A DNA stretch of 64,000 nt. Source: an uncultured cyanobacterium (GTDB lineage: Bacteria; Cyanobacteriota; Cyanobacteriia; Cyanobacteriales; Nostocaceae). Location of the stretch: positions 320,001-384,000 of the forward strand of contig CAVUDP010000003.1 of NCBI GenBank assembly GCA_963740315.1, read 5' to 3'. The notes under the pieces were generated by a model. The model ran no database searches. It was not told where the DNA came from and saw only the letters and a program-made list of their open reading frames with translations. Shown here piece after piece: positions 41,214 to 50,750 of the stretch (positions are counted from its first letter, which is position 1; every line of letters starts with the position of its first letter). The translations under genes were made by a program, and so were the position numbers.

Positions 41214-41870
41214 CTAACCCTGACTTTTTTTCGCAACTTCAGCAACTGCTTCAACTTCATCGTTCGCTAAATTTTCTAAAATAGGTTTAGTTTCTGGAGT
41301 ACCTAAGCGATTCAAAGCTTGAGCCACTCTATAACGGATTTGCCAATCAGAATCTGAAGCATAGGGAGCTAAAATTGATACTGCTTCGGTGTTTCCTAAC
41401 TCTCCCATAGAACTAATAGCAGCAGTTTTTACCAAATCGTTATCTTCAGAAAGCGCTTGCTTGAGCATTTCAAAACCTCGCGGCTCTCCCAACTCACCCA
41501 AGGCTGCAATCACGCTTAATTTGATAATCCAATCACTCGTAGATTGATAAAGTTGTTGCAAATCGTCAAAAGCGGCTACTAACTTCAAACCTCCCAAACA
41601 GTCTGCTGCTGCTGCTTTTACATCAGCTTCTGGATCTTGAAGCAATCCCCGTAATAAATTGAGAGATTTATCTAAATCTTGCGTACCCAAAGTATCGAAC
41701 TGACTTACAGCAGAATATCGCACGCGAGCATTTTCATCTTTAATCGCACTTTGAATTAGCTCGAAACCAATTGCTGGTTCTAATTCCCGAATTTCATTAA
41801 CTCCCCGCAAGCGATCGCCTAAATCTTCGCTTTCTAGCTGTTTTTTCACGGAATCGGGAGTAATACTCAT
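41214..41870 (-). CDS. nblB: Phycobilisome degradation protein NblB (PBS lyase HEAT repeats)
   Basis: MSITPDSVKKQLESEDLGDRLR, HEAT repeats; adjacent to a CBS gene. Confidence 0.85.
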   Translation of the reverse strand: MSITPDSVKKQLESEDLGDRLRGVNEIRELEPAIGFELIQSAIKDENARVRYSAVSQFDTLGTQDLDKSLNLLRGLLQDPEADVKAAAADCLGGLKLVAAFDDLQQLYQSTSDWIIKLSVIAALGELGEPRGFEMLKQALSEDNDLVKTAAISSMGELGNTEAVSILAPYASDSDWQIRYRVAQALNRLGTPETKPILENLANDEVEAVAEVAKKSQG

Positions 41871-41969
41871 ATTAATTATTCTCTATTATTAAATTATTAG
41901 TTTTTAGCTTTTAGTTGTTAGTTGTTCATTTTTCAACTATCTATTATCCACTAACTACTATCCATATTC

Positions 41970-42434
41970 CTAACTTTGAGATTTCGCCATATCGCGAATA
42001 ATGTCACTCAATGACAGAATACCAACTATCTGCTCGGAATCATCGAGAACTGGAAGACGGTGAATTTTGCGATCGCGCATTATTTTCGCGGCTTCTCTCA
42101 AAGGTTTGTCGGGTGAAATAGTTATAGGTTTTTGATTCATTACTTCCCCAACTGTTTGTCCTAAAGCCTTGTGTAACTCGCGATCGTATTCGACAGGATT
42201 TTTTAAGTAAATAACGCTATCAAAAATCATAAAGTATGCCGGTGGGGTAACACCAGCTTGCTGCCACATTAAGTCTGTTTCCGAAATAACGCCGATTAAC
42301 TTACCAGCATCATCTACAACAGGTAAGCCGCTAATCCGTTTTTCTGCCAGAATTTTTATCGCTTCACGTAAAGGTGTTTCGGGCTTTACTGTTAAGGGAT
42401 CGCGGGTCATTACTTCAGCAACACTTTTTAACAT
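41970..42434 (-). CDS. CBS domain pair protein
   Basis: ISGLPVVD...GVISETDL; IHRLPVLD. Confidence 0.93.
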   Translation of the reverse strand: MLKSVAEVMTRDPLTVKPETPLREAIKILAEKRISGLPVVDDAGKLIGVISETDLMWQQAGVTPPAYFMIFDSVIYLKNPVEYDRELHKALGQTVGEVMNQKPITISPDKPLREAAKIMRDRKIHRLPVLDDSEQIVGILSLSDIIRDMAKSQS

Positions 42435-42527
42435 ATAAGAAATATTTTTATTTACACTGGACTTATTGTAAGTAATTGTAGGTGTGAAGCTCGGAGCGTT
42501 AATACATCGTTACTTAATTAGTGGTTA

Positions 42528-42787
42528 GTAGTCCTTCATTAATTCTGACAGGTTCGTAGTAAGCGCTGTCTTCGCCTCCGGATTTAGGGGGAACCGATGC
42601 CCTTACTACGAACCTTTTTACCCGTCAAAAGTTTTGACAGGTTTGGGTAGTGCGAGCGTCTCGCTCGCTAGAAGCCACCAGCGAGCTAGAAGCTGTCCTA
42701 AGAGGACACGCTACGCGTTCACCTTACTGTGCGGAAGGCAGCACTACGAATGTATTTATTACCCATCATATTTAATGTGGCGGACTA
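42528..42787. mobile_element. Composite MITE/REP cluster
   Basis: GGTTCGTAGTAAG/CTTACTACGAACC inverted repeat, GTCAAAAGTTTTGAC palindrome, GTAGTGC.../GCACTAC pair, outer TAGTCC/GGACTA ends. Confidence 0.6.
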
Positions 42788-42842
42788 TTAGTTGTTAGTC
42801 CAAAATTTTCAACTATCCACTATCTACTATCCACTACAGGAC

Positions 42843-43886
42843 TTACTCAAATTCAGTTTCGCAAAACTCTTTCAATAAATCGATACAGTTGGCGATCGCG
42901 CCTAAATGTGCAATTTCATAACCATGCGTGTTTTGAGTCGGAAAGCTTAAACAGGCACCACGGGGTACATGACCGAATTTCATGGCAATTGAAGCGTCGC
43001 TGCCGAACTGGCTCAATGTTGCTAATTGTACCGGCATATCTATTTTTTCCGCACAATCACGCAGTTGTCTGTTAAGGTTTTCATCGTAAATTCCGTAGCT
43101 ATCTTGAGAAAGTATTACCGGGTTTTCACTATCTTCTATCGGGTATTCGGGAGAAAGCGGACAAATTTCTAAAGCGATCATTACATCTAATCGCTGATTT
43201 TGAGAGAAATAAAGCGCTCCGATTGCTCCTACTTCTTCTTTTGCGGAAGCTACTAAATATACGTCTACTGCTGGTTGTTTTATCTTTTCTGCTAAAGCTA
43301 ATAATATAGTTACCGAAGCTTTATTATCTAATGTGTAGCTGGCAATATGATCTTTTAAACGAATGGGATGCTTGCGGTGCTTACTTATAACCATTCTTGT
43401 TCCAGGACGAATACCAGCATTTTCTAATTCTAAGGTGCTACACTTAGTTTCAATCCAAGCATCTTCCCATTTGACTGCAACATCTTGCTGAAAAACTTTT
43501 TGTGGCGATTCGTGGGATACGTGACGGGAACCGAAACTGAGAACACCGTGAATAGTTTCTTTATCTCCTAATAAATCCACTACACCTTCACCGTAAACCC
43601 AGGGATAAGCACCTCCTAACTTACGAACTTCGACTCTACCTGCTTCGCCAATAGTTTTAACGATTGCGCCAATTTCATCTTTGTGAGCGGTAATTGTGAT
43701 CGGATATTCGGAACTTTTTCCGGGAATTTTGGCAATAATATTATCGGCTCTATCTTGCCATACTTCAACTCCTAAACCTGTAAATCGCTGCATTAAATAT
43801 TGGTTAATTTCAGTTTCTGCACCACTAGGAGAATGATGCATGACTAATTCTTCAATAGTTTTAAATAATTGCTCGTAATCCGACAT
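42843..43886 (-). CDS. M42 family metallopeptidase/aminopeptidase
   Basis: SPSGAE, AHKDEIG, LDNK, KEEVG, THGYE. Confidence 0.9.
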   Translation of the reverse strand: MSDYEQLFKTIEELVMHHSPSGAETEINQYLMQRFTGLGVEVWQDRADNIIAKIPGKSSEYPITITAHKDEIGAIVKTIGEAGRVEVRKLGGAYPWVYGEGVVDLLGDKETIHGVLSFGSRHVSHESPQKVFQQDVAVKWEDAWIETKCSTLELENAGIRPGTRMVISKHRKHPIRLKDHIASYTLDNKASVTILLALAEKIKQPAVDVYLVASAKEEVGAIGALYFSQNQRLDVMIALEICPLSPEYPIEDSENPVILSQDSYGIYDENLNRQLRDCAEKIDMPVQLATLSQFGSDASIAMKFGHVPRGACLSFPTQNTHGYEIAHLGAIANCIDLLKEFCETEFE

Positions 43887-43959
43887 TATTAATTTATAAT
43901 TCTCATATTAACTTGTAATTGTAGTTTGGTTTAGACACTGAATTTAATTTAACTTATGA

Positions 43960-44013
43960 TTCGTAGTAGTGACTTTAGTCCTAAAGCCGAGGACTTTAGT
44001 CCTTACTACAAAC
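43960..44013. repeat. GTAG-type REP-like palindrome
   Basis: TTCGTAGTAG...GACTTTAGTCC duplicated...CTTACTACAAAC; related half-copy at ~57734-57758. Confidence 0.65.
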
Positions 44014-44018
44014 TTTTA

Positions 44019-45107
44019 TTAACGAACTTTGCTTTTGCGTTTGCGCTTTAATACTCCTATCGTACCTATTGCACCAAAAGCTAAGGTGCTTAACACGGTA
44101 GAAGGTTCGGGAACAGTTTCATGTTTAATTGCACTCAACGTTGCATCTGCTACTAAACGATGACTTTTTGAACTTGGATGGAAAGTATCAAAGAAGATAA
44201 ATTCGTTGGGATCTATAGATTCAGAGAAAACAATTCCTTGAGGGTTTTGGCAGTCATCTATAATATCACCAACAACTCCTACCACACAAGAACTAGCTGG
44301 ATCTTGGCTAAAACCAAATTCTCCTGGATTGGCTACTACTTGATTAAATAAAGAATTAACGTCAACAGGAATGATATTAACATCTGAATTCCCAGCAAAA
44401 CCATCTAAAGTTTGCTCTAATAAAGCGTTATGACTTTGGGTAAGTTGAGTTAATTGAGCAGAAGTGTTTGAGGCGATAACCCCAGGGGTTGACGCTTCGC
44501 GTAACGCAGATGGAAGTTGACCTAAATCCGGTATGTTAAATACGGCGATATTTTTAGCACCTACTTGAGTTAATCCTCCGATTGCATTCGATAGATTGCT
44601 AACTGTTTGATTGGGATCTGTAACGCCACCAAATAAGTAATCATTCGCACCTCCCCACACTGTATAAAATGCATTTGGATCTGCTTGTTGATTATTTGTC
44701 TGTAAGTTTTGAGTAAATAAACCAACTTGCCCTAAAACTCCTGGTAAACCTGAATCGGGATTTAAAGCATTATTTAAACCAGAAGAAGAACCACTTACAG
44801 CAAAGTTAACACCATCTGTAGGAATACTTGTTTGTGGTGGAATGAATGTAGTAGGAGTTAATCCGATCTCATCTCCAACAAAATCTACCCAGATATCACC
44901 ATTTGAAAAACGCCCTGGAGCATAAGGAGGATTGGGAGGAATTGCAGTTTCAGGACTTACTAAACCTCCTGTAGCATTAAATAAATTACCCGTATCGGAG
45001 AGACTATCGCCAAATACGTAGAATTGACTAAAGTTGCTAGCCATTGCTTTACAAGGCAGCATAAATGAGAAGAGAACAAATCCTGCCGTTGCGAATGCTT
45101 TTTTCAT
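44019..45107 (-). CDS. SGNH/GDSL hydrolase with PEP-CTERM sorting signal
   Basis: Signal peptide, FGDSLSDTGN, GGANDY, FDTFHP, VPEPS followed by TM and KRKRK. Confidence 0.93.
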   Translation of the reverse strand: MKKAFATAGFVLFSFMLPCKAMASNFSQFYVFGDSLSDTGNLFNATGGLVSPETAIPPNPPYAPGRFSNGDIWVDFVGDEIGLTPTTFIPPQTSIPTDGVNFAVSGSSSGLNNALNPDSGLPGVLGQVGLFTQNLQTNNQQADPNAFYTVWGGANDYLFGGVTDPNQTVSNLSNAIGGLTQVGAKNIAVFNIPDLGQLPSALREASTPGVIASNTSAQLTQLTQSHNALLEQTLDGFAGNSDVNIIPVDVNSLFNQVVANPGEFGFSQDPASSCVVGVVGDIIDDCQNPQGIVFSESIDPNEFIFFDTFHPSSKSHRLVADATLSAIKHETVPEPSTVLSTLAFGAIGTIGVLKRKRKSKVR

Positions 45108-45398
45108 ACTAATTTTATTCCTTTAGATATTACGCAAATTCCCTTAGTCAAGGAAGAATTTGTAAAGGGCTTTCTATTTAATTTTACTTACTTGTAGCTT
45201 ACGTATTGATATCATACAAATCACCGTATAGTCACTAAGACATGACATACTTACAAGGTTTTTACAATTAATATTTTTTTGATGAAGATATGGTTAAATA
45301 TTCATATTTACTGCATAAATCACGAGGCTTGGATAAAACCTCTGTAATGCTTAATATTCGGTTGTTACGTAATTAAAGTTTAAATTTTCAATTACTTG

Positions 45399-46721
45399 CT
45401 ATTGCTTTAATTTCAAAGCTTCTTTAGCCGAGATTCCATCACTTTCGGTACCGAAATACCATAAAGCAGCAGCAGCTTCGGCGCGAGTTACAGCTTTTTT
45501 TGGTTGAAATAATGTTGTGTAGCCGAATACTCTACGAATGTTTGAATTTTCGCCATTTTGATAATCTGCTAACACTGCTCGTAAGACTTTGGGGTCGATT
45601 TTTGCTGTATCTTGAAAACCCCAAGTTTGTTTGACTGCATCCAAGGAAGCATTAGGTAAACCTTGACGGGTATCAAGAGGAATTTTCCACAAAAGCATTT
45701 GTTCTCTGGTTAACGGTGCATCTGGACGAAATAAAACTTGTGTGGAATCGCCAGATAAAGAACTGGGAATTAATCCAGCTTCGGCTAATCCTTGAATTGC
45801 GGCAAAATCGGGATCTGTATTTTTCACGTCGCTAAAAGCACTTTTATTGCTGGCTCCCGCTAAGCGAATTTGCTTAGATTGTGAGTTGGCGTGCATGGCG
45901 TTATTTGCAGCAACCAACCACCGAGCGTATTCCCGACGGGTAATATTTGTATTGGGTTGAAATTGATTTGCAGGATTATTGGTTTTTGCAGTATTAGTCG
46001 GAGCGGTAACAGCACCTAATGTTGCTAAATCCTGGATATATGGTTGTAATTCTTGAGGTGCTTTGTTTAAATCGTCAAATTCCTGCGATTCAAAATTGGT
46101 TTGCGAAGTATTTTGTGCTTGAGTTGCTGTATTCTCAGGTTGTACGGGACCAATAAAATCCGGATTTGTTGTGTTTGAAGGAGTTGGGGTAGTTTGCGCT
46201 GTGGTACTAGGTGAATACTCGATTACTAATTCAGTAGTTGTTTGCGGTTGGTTTGGTTGTGGGTTAGTGAGAGTTTTTGGTTCGATAGCAACTTTAATTT
46301 CTGAATTATTACGCTCTGCAACAAAATCTCCTTGTCCATCTTCAGGTGATTTTATAACTTCCCACTTATTCGATCTAAATTCTTTGCGATAAAAATCAGC
46401 TATAAAATTACTGGGATCTGAACTAGTCCAGCGAGCGGATATTTTCCCTGTATTACCGCTACTTGGGGTAACTGACTGTAATTGAGCGTTGGGATATATC
46501 GGAATTTCTTTTGGGAAATCATCGGGTAAGCTTTTTGCAGGTGATGAGGGATTATCATTTACTGGCTTCGTACTGAAAATAGCTGGGTTATCTTCGAGTC
46601 TAGAATCAGCTTGTAGGGATTTCTCCAGATTTTTTGCAAAGGGAGCATTTGCACAACCCGTTAAGGTTGAGAATAAGACAGCCAAACTTAAAAATACACC
46701 TCGATATTTACAGTGCAGCAC
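45399..46721 (-). CDS. S-layer homology (SLH) domain lipoprotein
   Basis: Lipobox LTGC; SLH motifs ITRREYA, FRPDAPLTRE, VTRAEAA. Confidence 0.88.
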   Translation of the reverse strand: MLHCKYRGVFLSLAVLFSTLTGCANAPFAKNLEKSLQADSRLEDNPAIFSTKPVNDNPSSPAKSLPDDFPKEIPIYPNAQLQSVTPSSGNTGKISARWTSSDPSNFIADFYRKEFRSNKWEVIKSPEDGQGDFVAERNNSEIKVAIEPKTLTNPQPNQPQTTTELVIEYSPSTTAQTTPTPSNTTNPDFIGPVQPENTATQAQNTSQTNFESQEFDDLNKAPQELQPYIQDLATLGAVTAPTNTAKTNNPANQFQPNTNITRREYARWLVAANNAMHANSQSKQIRLAGASNKSAFSDVKNTDPDFAAIQGLAEAGLIPSSLSGDSTQVLFRPDAPLTREQMLLWKIPLDTRQGLPNASLDAVKQTWGFQDTAKIDPKVLRAVLADYQNGENSNIRRVFGYTTLFQPKKAVTRAEAAAALWYFGTESDGISAKEALKLKQ

Positions 46722-46792
46722 GGGAAATTATTTATAAGACTTCAACTATTACAGTAGCGCAGACTGAGAGTTAGTTATTAGTTGTTAGTGGT

Positions 46793-46996
46793 TAGTTTGT
46801 AGGTTGGGTTAGGCGTATCAAAAGGTAAGGTTTTTACTAATAATCTATAAAAAGCGCCGTAACCCAACATCGTATCTTTTCTCGATTTTGTACCGACTTA
46901 CTTATCCAAAACTCTAATGTTGGGTTACGACACTATGAATATAAATTCTCGTTACAAGTTAAATCGGTTTTCGTGTCTAACCCAACCTACAAACTA
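46793..46996. mobile_element. REP doublet (REPIN-like) element
   Basis: 20-bp perfect terminal inverted repeat TAGTTTGTAGGTTGGGTTAG; inner inverted repeat CGTAACCCAACAT/ATGTTGGGTTACG. Confidence 0.75.
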
Positions 46997-47023
46997 CAAA
47001 CTACAAACTTAATCAAGTTTTAG

Positions 47024-47353
47024 CTAACTTTCTTCTCCTAAGTCTTCATCTAAAATAGCATTAATATCTCTTCGACCATGTAGAACTCTCAAAATTTCTA
47101 TATCAGTATCTCTTGTCCGATAAAAGACTAAATAATTTCTAAAACCCTTAATTGGTTGTTGACGAACATTAGCTAAATTGGGATTATCAAACTCGCGCAC
47201 CCTGCCCATTTTTGGAGTTTGAGCTAACTGCTTAAAAGTTTCTTCAGCAGCAGCCAAAAATTTATCCGAAACATCCATATTATCAGCAGCAATATAAGTC
47301 GCTAAATCAATTAAGTCACGGATAACTTGGGGATGTTTATAAACATTACCCAT
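47024..47353 (-). CDS. parE: Type II toxin, RelE/ParE family
   Basis: DL..IA.DN, YLVFYR, IEILRVLHGRRD. Confidence 0.88.
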   Translation of the reverse strand: MGNVYKHPQVIRDLIDLATYIAADNMDVSDKFLAAAEETFKQLAQTPKMGRVREFDNPNLANVRQQPIKGFRNYLVFYRTRDTDIEILRVLHGRRDINAILDEDLGEES

Positions 47354-47618
47354 TGGTATTTAAACCTTCATCCCCTTGAACTTTTGACCGCACCACTTGA
47401 CGAATATCATCCCAATCTTGTTCAGTTAATGGTGTTGCACTTCCAGAATTTAATCCTTCTAGCAATAAAGTCTCTAAACGTTCTTTCTCTTTACGTTTTT
47501 GGTCTTGACGCACTAACTCACGGAAATATTCGCTAATAGTACTATAACCACCACCTGCAACCTGCTTCTCTATGTAAGCACGCATCGTATCCGGTAGAGA
47601 AATATTAATACTTTTCAT
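47346..47618 (-). CDS. parD: Type II antitoxin, ParD (ribbon-helix-helix) family
   Basis: MKSINISLP...GGYSTISEYFRELVR...LLEGLNSG; overlaps the toxin start. Confidence 0.9.
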   Translation of the reverse strand: MKSINISLPDTMRAYIEKQVAGGGYSTISEYFRELVRQDQKRKEKERLETLLLEGLNSGSATPLTEQDWDDIRQVVRSKVQGDEGLNTNG

Positions 47619-47642
47619 GACTATCTGAGACTCTTTCGCTTT

Positions 47643-47672
47643 ATTATGGCAATTTATGCCATTTTATGCCAT
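47643..47672 (-). promoter_or_regulatory. Probable parDE promoter/operator
   Basis: ATGGCA-N5-TGCCAT palindrome plus an extra TGCCAT half-site, overlapping a CATAAT -10-like hexamer on the minus strand. Confidence 0.5.
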
Positions 47673-47732
47673 GCTTGACTACGAATCAAAACCGAAACCT
47701 GAAAAGTCCTATCACTGGTAAAGCAAGAATTT

Positions 47733-47768
47733 GTAGGTTGGGTTGAGCCACACCAAAACCCAACCTAC
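47733..47768. repeat. GTAG-type REP palindrome
   Basis: GTAGGTTGGGTT...AACCCAACCTAC perfect 12-bp inverted repeat. Confidence 0.8.
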
Positions 47769-47806
47769 TAACTTTACAAAGAACTGGAACGGTTATATGT
47801 TAGATA

Positions 47807-50530
47807 TTACAAGTCGCAACGCGAGAAAAGATGCTTTAAACCAAATAAGCTCGCCAACGGCCACTGCCCATCATTTCCTTTACTCAAAACTCTGTTGAAG
47901 CCCTCATACCGCTCGCCTAAAAAGAGGGCACTGTCAGAAGGAAGGTCCATGCCAATATCGGTTCCACTATAGATACTGGATTGCATCTGTATGGGTAATT
48001 TTCCCCTTATCGTCTCTCGGTTAGATTCTCTACCTAAATCTCTTGAAAAAATATCTTCGTAACTCACCCAGCCTTCTGAGCCTGACCTTGCATCTTCTCT
48101 TTTGTTATTGTACCATCCTACTACGCTAGCAAAACGCAACAAATTATTAATGCTAGCAAAACCCAACAAATTATCAATATCAGAACTTCCTTCTGGCACG
48201 ATTTTGTTTCCTGTCTCAACCAAAATTTTCTTTTGCACGCTGAAACCAAAATAGCCACTGGAATTATTTACCCATAATTTATCGATTTGTTTCAATTCCT
48301 CGCAGAAGTAAGATATGCCCTTTATTCGGACTTCGGGATAAAATTTTCGGACTTCGGGATATATTTCTCTTTCTCCATCAGCAATAAAATCCATAAGTGT
48401 GTCTGTAACCCCGTTAGCTACACTCCAATTTTTTGATTTCAAAAAGTTTTCTAGTTTGGCATAAAAGTGTTCTTTTAGAGAATTCCAAACTTCTTGATCG
48501 TGATATGACTGTAGCTTAAGTAATTCTCGATGAACTGATTCAATATCTTCTGTTGTAAGAATTTTATCCTTGACAAAAGGATTAGTTTCAGTGGGATACT
48601 TTTTCAAAATATAAAATGCTTCAGAATAAGCATTTATTGCTTTTTGTTTAGATTTCTCAACGAATAATTTTCCTTGATTAGCTTTGACTAAAACTTTTAT
48701 TTGTAACCCTTCTGAAGAGGTAGTATTATTTCCTTGTTTGTTTAAATATTTCAGACTTTCAGCTAAATTGTTTTCGGCTTTTTTTTGATATCCAATATTT
48801 TTATCTTTTTGTTCTTTAGTTTCATCTTTATTTGCAAGACTTTGATAAGCTTGCGACATAGAAGCTAATAACATGGCTTGTTTCAGGTTATGGTCATTTA
48901 CTCTAAAGGATAAACCAGCCTGTCTTAAAGCTTCATCTGATTCAGCAGTGAGATTTTCATTGCGTAACTCTCCGGCTAATTCAGATAGTGATTGGACAGT
49001 TTCAACATTTTTCTTTACTGAAGCAAGCTTATAACCTTCCCTTGCTGCAAATACTCCTAAACTCACTGCTCCCAACAAAGCCAAAACTAAAACAACAGTC
49101 CCATTCCGAATCCGTCGTTTCGCTTTAATATTTGCTTCACTCAATACCAAATTTCTCTTTTCCGCTGCTTCTCTATCCTTCCCCTCCCTTTCTAATTCCG
49201 CTTCTTTATTCCTAACAGCTATTTCCTTCTCTCTACTAGCTGCTACAAATTGTTTATCTTCATAACCTAAATTCTTATCTTTAGCCCATTCCTCAGCATC
49301 TACTAAAGCCTTTCCTTGTAAAAGCCGAGATTCATCACTATATCCAGATGCAACCCAAAATCGAAAAGCTTCCGAATATGGACGCAGATTCTTTAATTGA
49401 GTTTCTACCCAATTTTGATTAAAAACCTGTTGATAAACTCGATTATAAACTCTTAACTTACCTTCTCTTTGAACAACTAAACCAGATAATCTTAATTCAC
49501 TAGATTCAAGATTCTTATTAGCAGCGACTTCTCCCTGTTGTTGAATCTGCTGGTACAATTCCAACAAATATCCCGCTCGTTGCTCCGAGGAAAGAATTCT
49601 ATCCCTGATAGTTCGTAAATGTTCCGGATCATCCTGGGATTCCCAATTCTCAATAATCCGCTTATTTACCACCTCCCTTACCAAAACAGAATAATTTTCA
49701 TCGACTTTTGACTTTTGACTTTTGACTTTTGACTTCCGCGAAGCGGCTGACTCTTCTACCATGAATTTACATAATTTTTGAGTCAGAAATGGTTGTCCTC
49801 CCGTCCAATCAAGAATTTCAGTCATTATCACTTGAGGGCGATCGCACTTTTCTCGCAACCCCTTAATTAACGGTTCAACTTCATCAAATTTAAAACCATG
49901 TAATTCTATTGCTTCCCCAATATTAAAAGGAGTTTGAGTTTTATTCTCAATCAAATCACCGGGAGTCGCTACTCCCAATAAAGCAAAAGTTAATCGTTGA
50001 AAGATGGGATTATCAACCCGTTGATTCTGAAAAAACCGAATTAGTGCAAAAAAATCATCTAATGAAAAATCTTGACTCAACACCTTGTCAATTTCATCCA
50101 CAAAAATGACTATTGGTTGCTGAATCTTTGCTAATAAAACCTTTTCAATAAATAAACTCAAACATTGCACTGGTGAAAGAATAGTTTGATGTTTTTGCCA
50201 CCATTCCTGCCAATCAAAATCAAATTTATCTTCCAACTGACAGCTTTCTGATAAATTGTAAACAATTCCCCCATACCACTGTTGTTGTGTTACATTCCCA
50301 ATTCCCGTCAAATCAATTGCAGCACAGATAGTTCCTTGTTTTTGTAACCGCTGCATAGTCTGTACCCGCAAACTAGACTTACCCATTTGTCGCGAATTTA
50401 AGACGTAACAAAATTTACCAGCCCGCAACTTTTGGTAAAATTCCTCGTCTGCTTGCCGCTTTACATAACTGGGAGCATCAACTGGGAGACTGGCTCCTAT
50501 TTGGTAGAAGTTGGAATTGGTTGGTGTCAT
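47807..50530 (-). CDS. AAA_35/STAND-like NTPase with TM helix, helical region and C-terminal GUN4-like domain
   Basis: YVKRQAD, LNSRQMGKSS (Walker A), IFVDEID (Walker B), TGGQPFLTQKLC, DDPEHLRTIRDR; TM VVLVLALLGAVSLGVFAA; CEELKQIDKLW...GYFGFSVQKKI. Confidence 0.85.
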   Translation of the reverse strand: MTPTNSNFYQIGASLPVDAPSYVKRQADEEFYQKLRAGKFCYVLNSRQMGKSSLRVQTMQRLQKQGTICAAIDLTGIGNVTQQQWYGGIVYNLSESCQLEDKFDFDWQEWWQKHQTILSPVQCLSLFIEKVLLAKIQQPIVIFVDEIDKVLSQDFSLDDFFALIRFFQNQRVDNPIFQRLTFALLGVATPGDLIENKTQTPFNIGEAIELHGFKFDEVEPLIKGLREKCDRPQVIMTEILDWTGGQPFLTQKLCKFMVEESAASRKSKVKSQKSKVDENYSVLVREVVNKRIIENWESQDDPEHLRTIRDRILSSEQRAGYLLELYQQIQQQGEVAANKNLESSELRLSGLVVQREGKLRVYNRVYQQVFNQNWVETQLKNLRPYSEAFRFWVASGYSDESRLLQGKALVDAEEWAKDKNLGYEDKQFVAASREKEIAVRNKEAELEREGKDREAAEKRNLVLSEANIKAKRRIRNGTVVLVLALLGAVSLGVFAAREGYKLASVKKNVETVQSLSELAGELRNENLTAESDEALRQAGLSFRVNDHNLKQAMLLASMSQAYQSLANKDETKEQKDKNIGYQKKAENNLAESLKYLNKQGNNTTSSEGLQIKVLVKANQGKLFVEKSKQKAINAYSEAFYILKKYPTETNPFVKDKILTTEDIESVHRELLKLQSYHDQEVWNSLKEHFYAKLENFLKSKNWSVANGVTDTLMDFIADGEREIYPEVRKFYPEVRIKGISYFCEELKQIDKLWVNNSSGYFGFSVQKKILVETGNKIVPEGSSDIDNLLGFASINNLLRFASVVGWYNNKREDARSGSEGWVSYEDIFSRDLGRESNRETIRGKLPIQMQSSIYSGTDIGMDLPSDSALFLGERYEGFNRVLSKGNDGQWPLASLFGLKHLFSRCDL

Positions 50531-50573
50531 TGTTACAGTTACTTAGGTAAGTCAGCGTAAAACATTAAAGGTA

Positions 50574-50748
50574 TGTCATTGCGAGTGGAACGAAGCAATC
50601 GCAGGGATTTCGTTATTTTTACACTATTGCGATTGCTTCGTCGTACCTCCTCGCAATGACAGGAGTATAGTTACTTTCCTAGTGCGTTGTCAGCCGTATT
50701 ATTTGCTTTATCGTCGTACCTCCTCGCAATGACAGGAGTATAGTTACT
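50574..50748. repeat. GTCATTGCGAG-type palindromic element with a duplicated right arm
   Basis: TGTCATTGCGAG...CTCGCAATGACA (50574-50661); exact 38-bp direct repeat at 50638-50675 and 50711-50748. Confidence 0.85.
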
Positions 50749-50750
50749 GC

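Noticed and set aside
45201..45216. NtcA box upstream of the GDSL gene (similar near-match at ~30286)
   Set aside because: Spacing is GTA-N9-TAC, not the canonical N8
47807..48480. Diversity-generating retroelement target
   Set aside because: No reverse transcriptase and no template/variable repeat pair differing at adenines in the window
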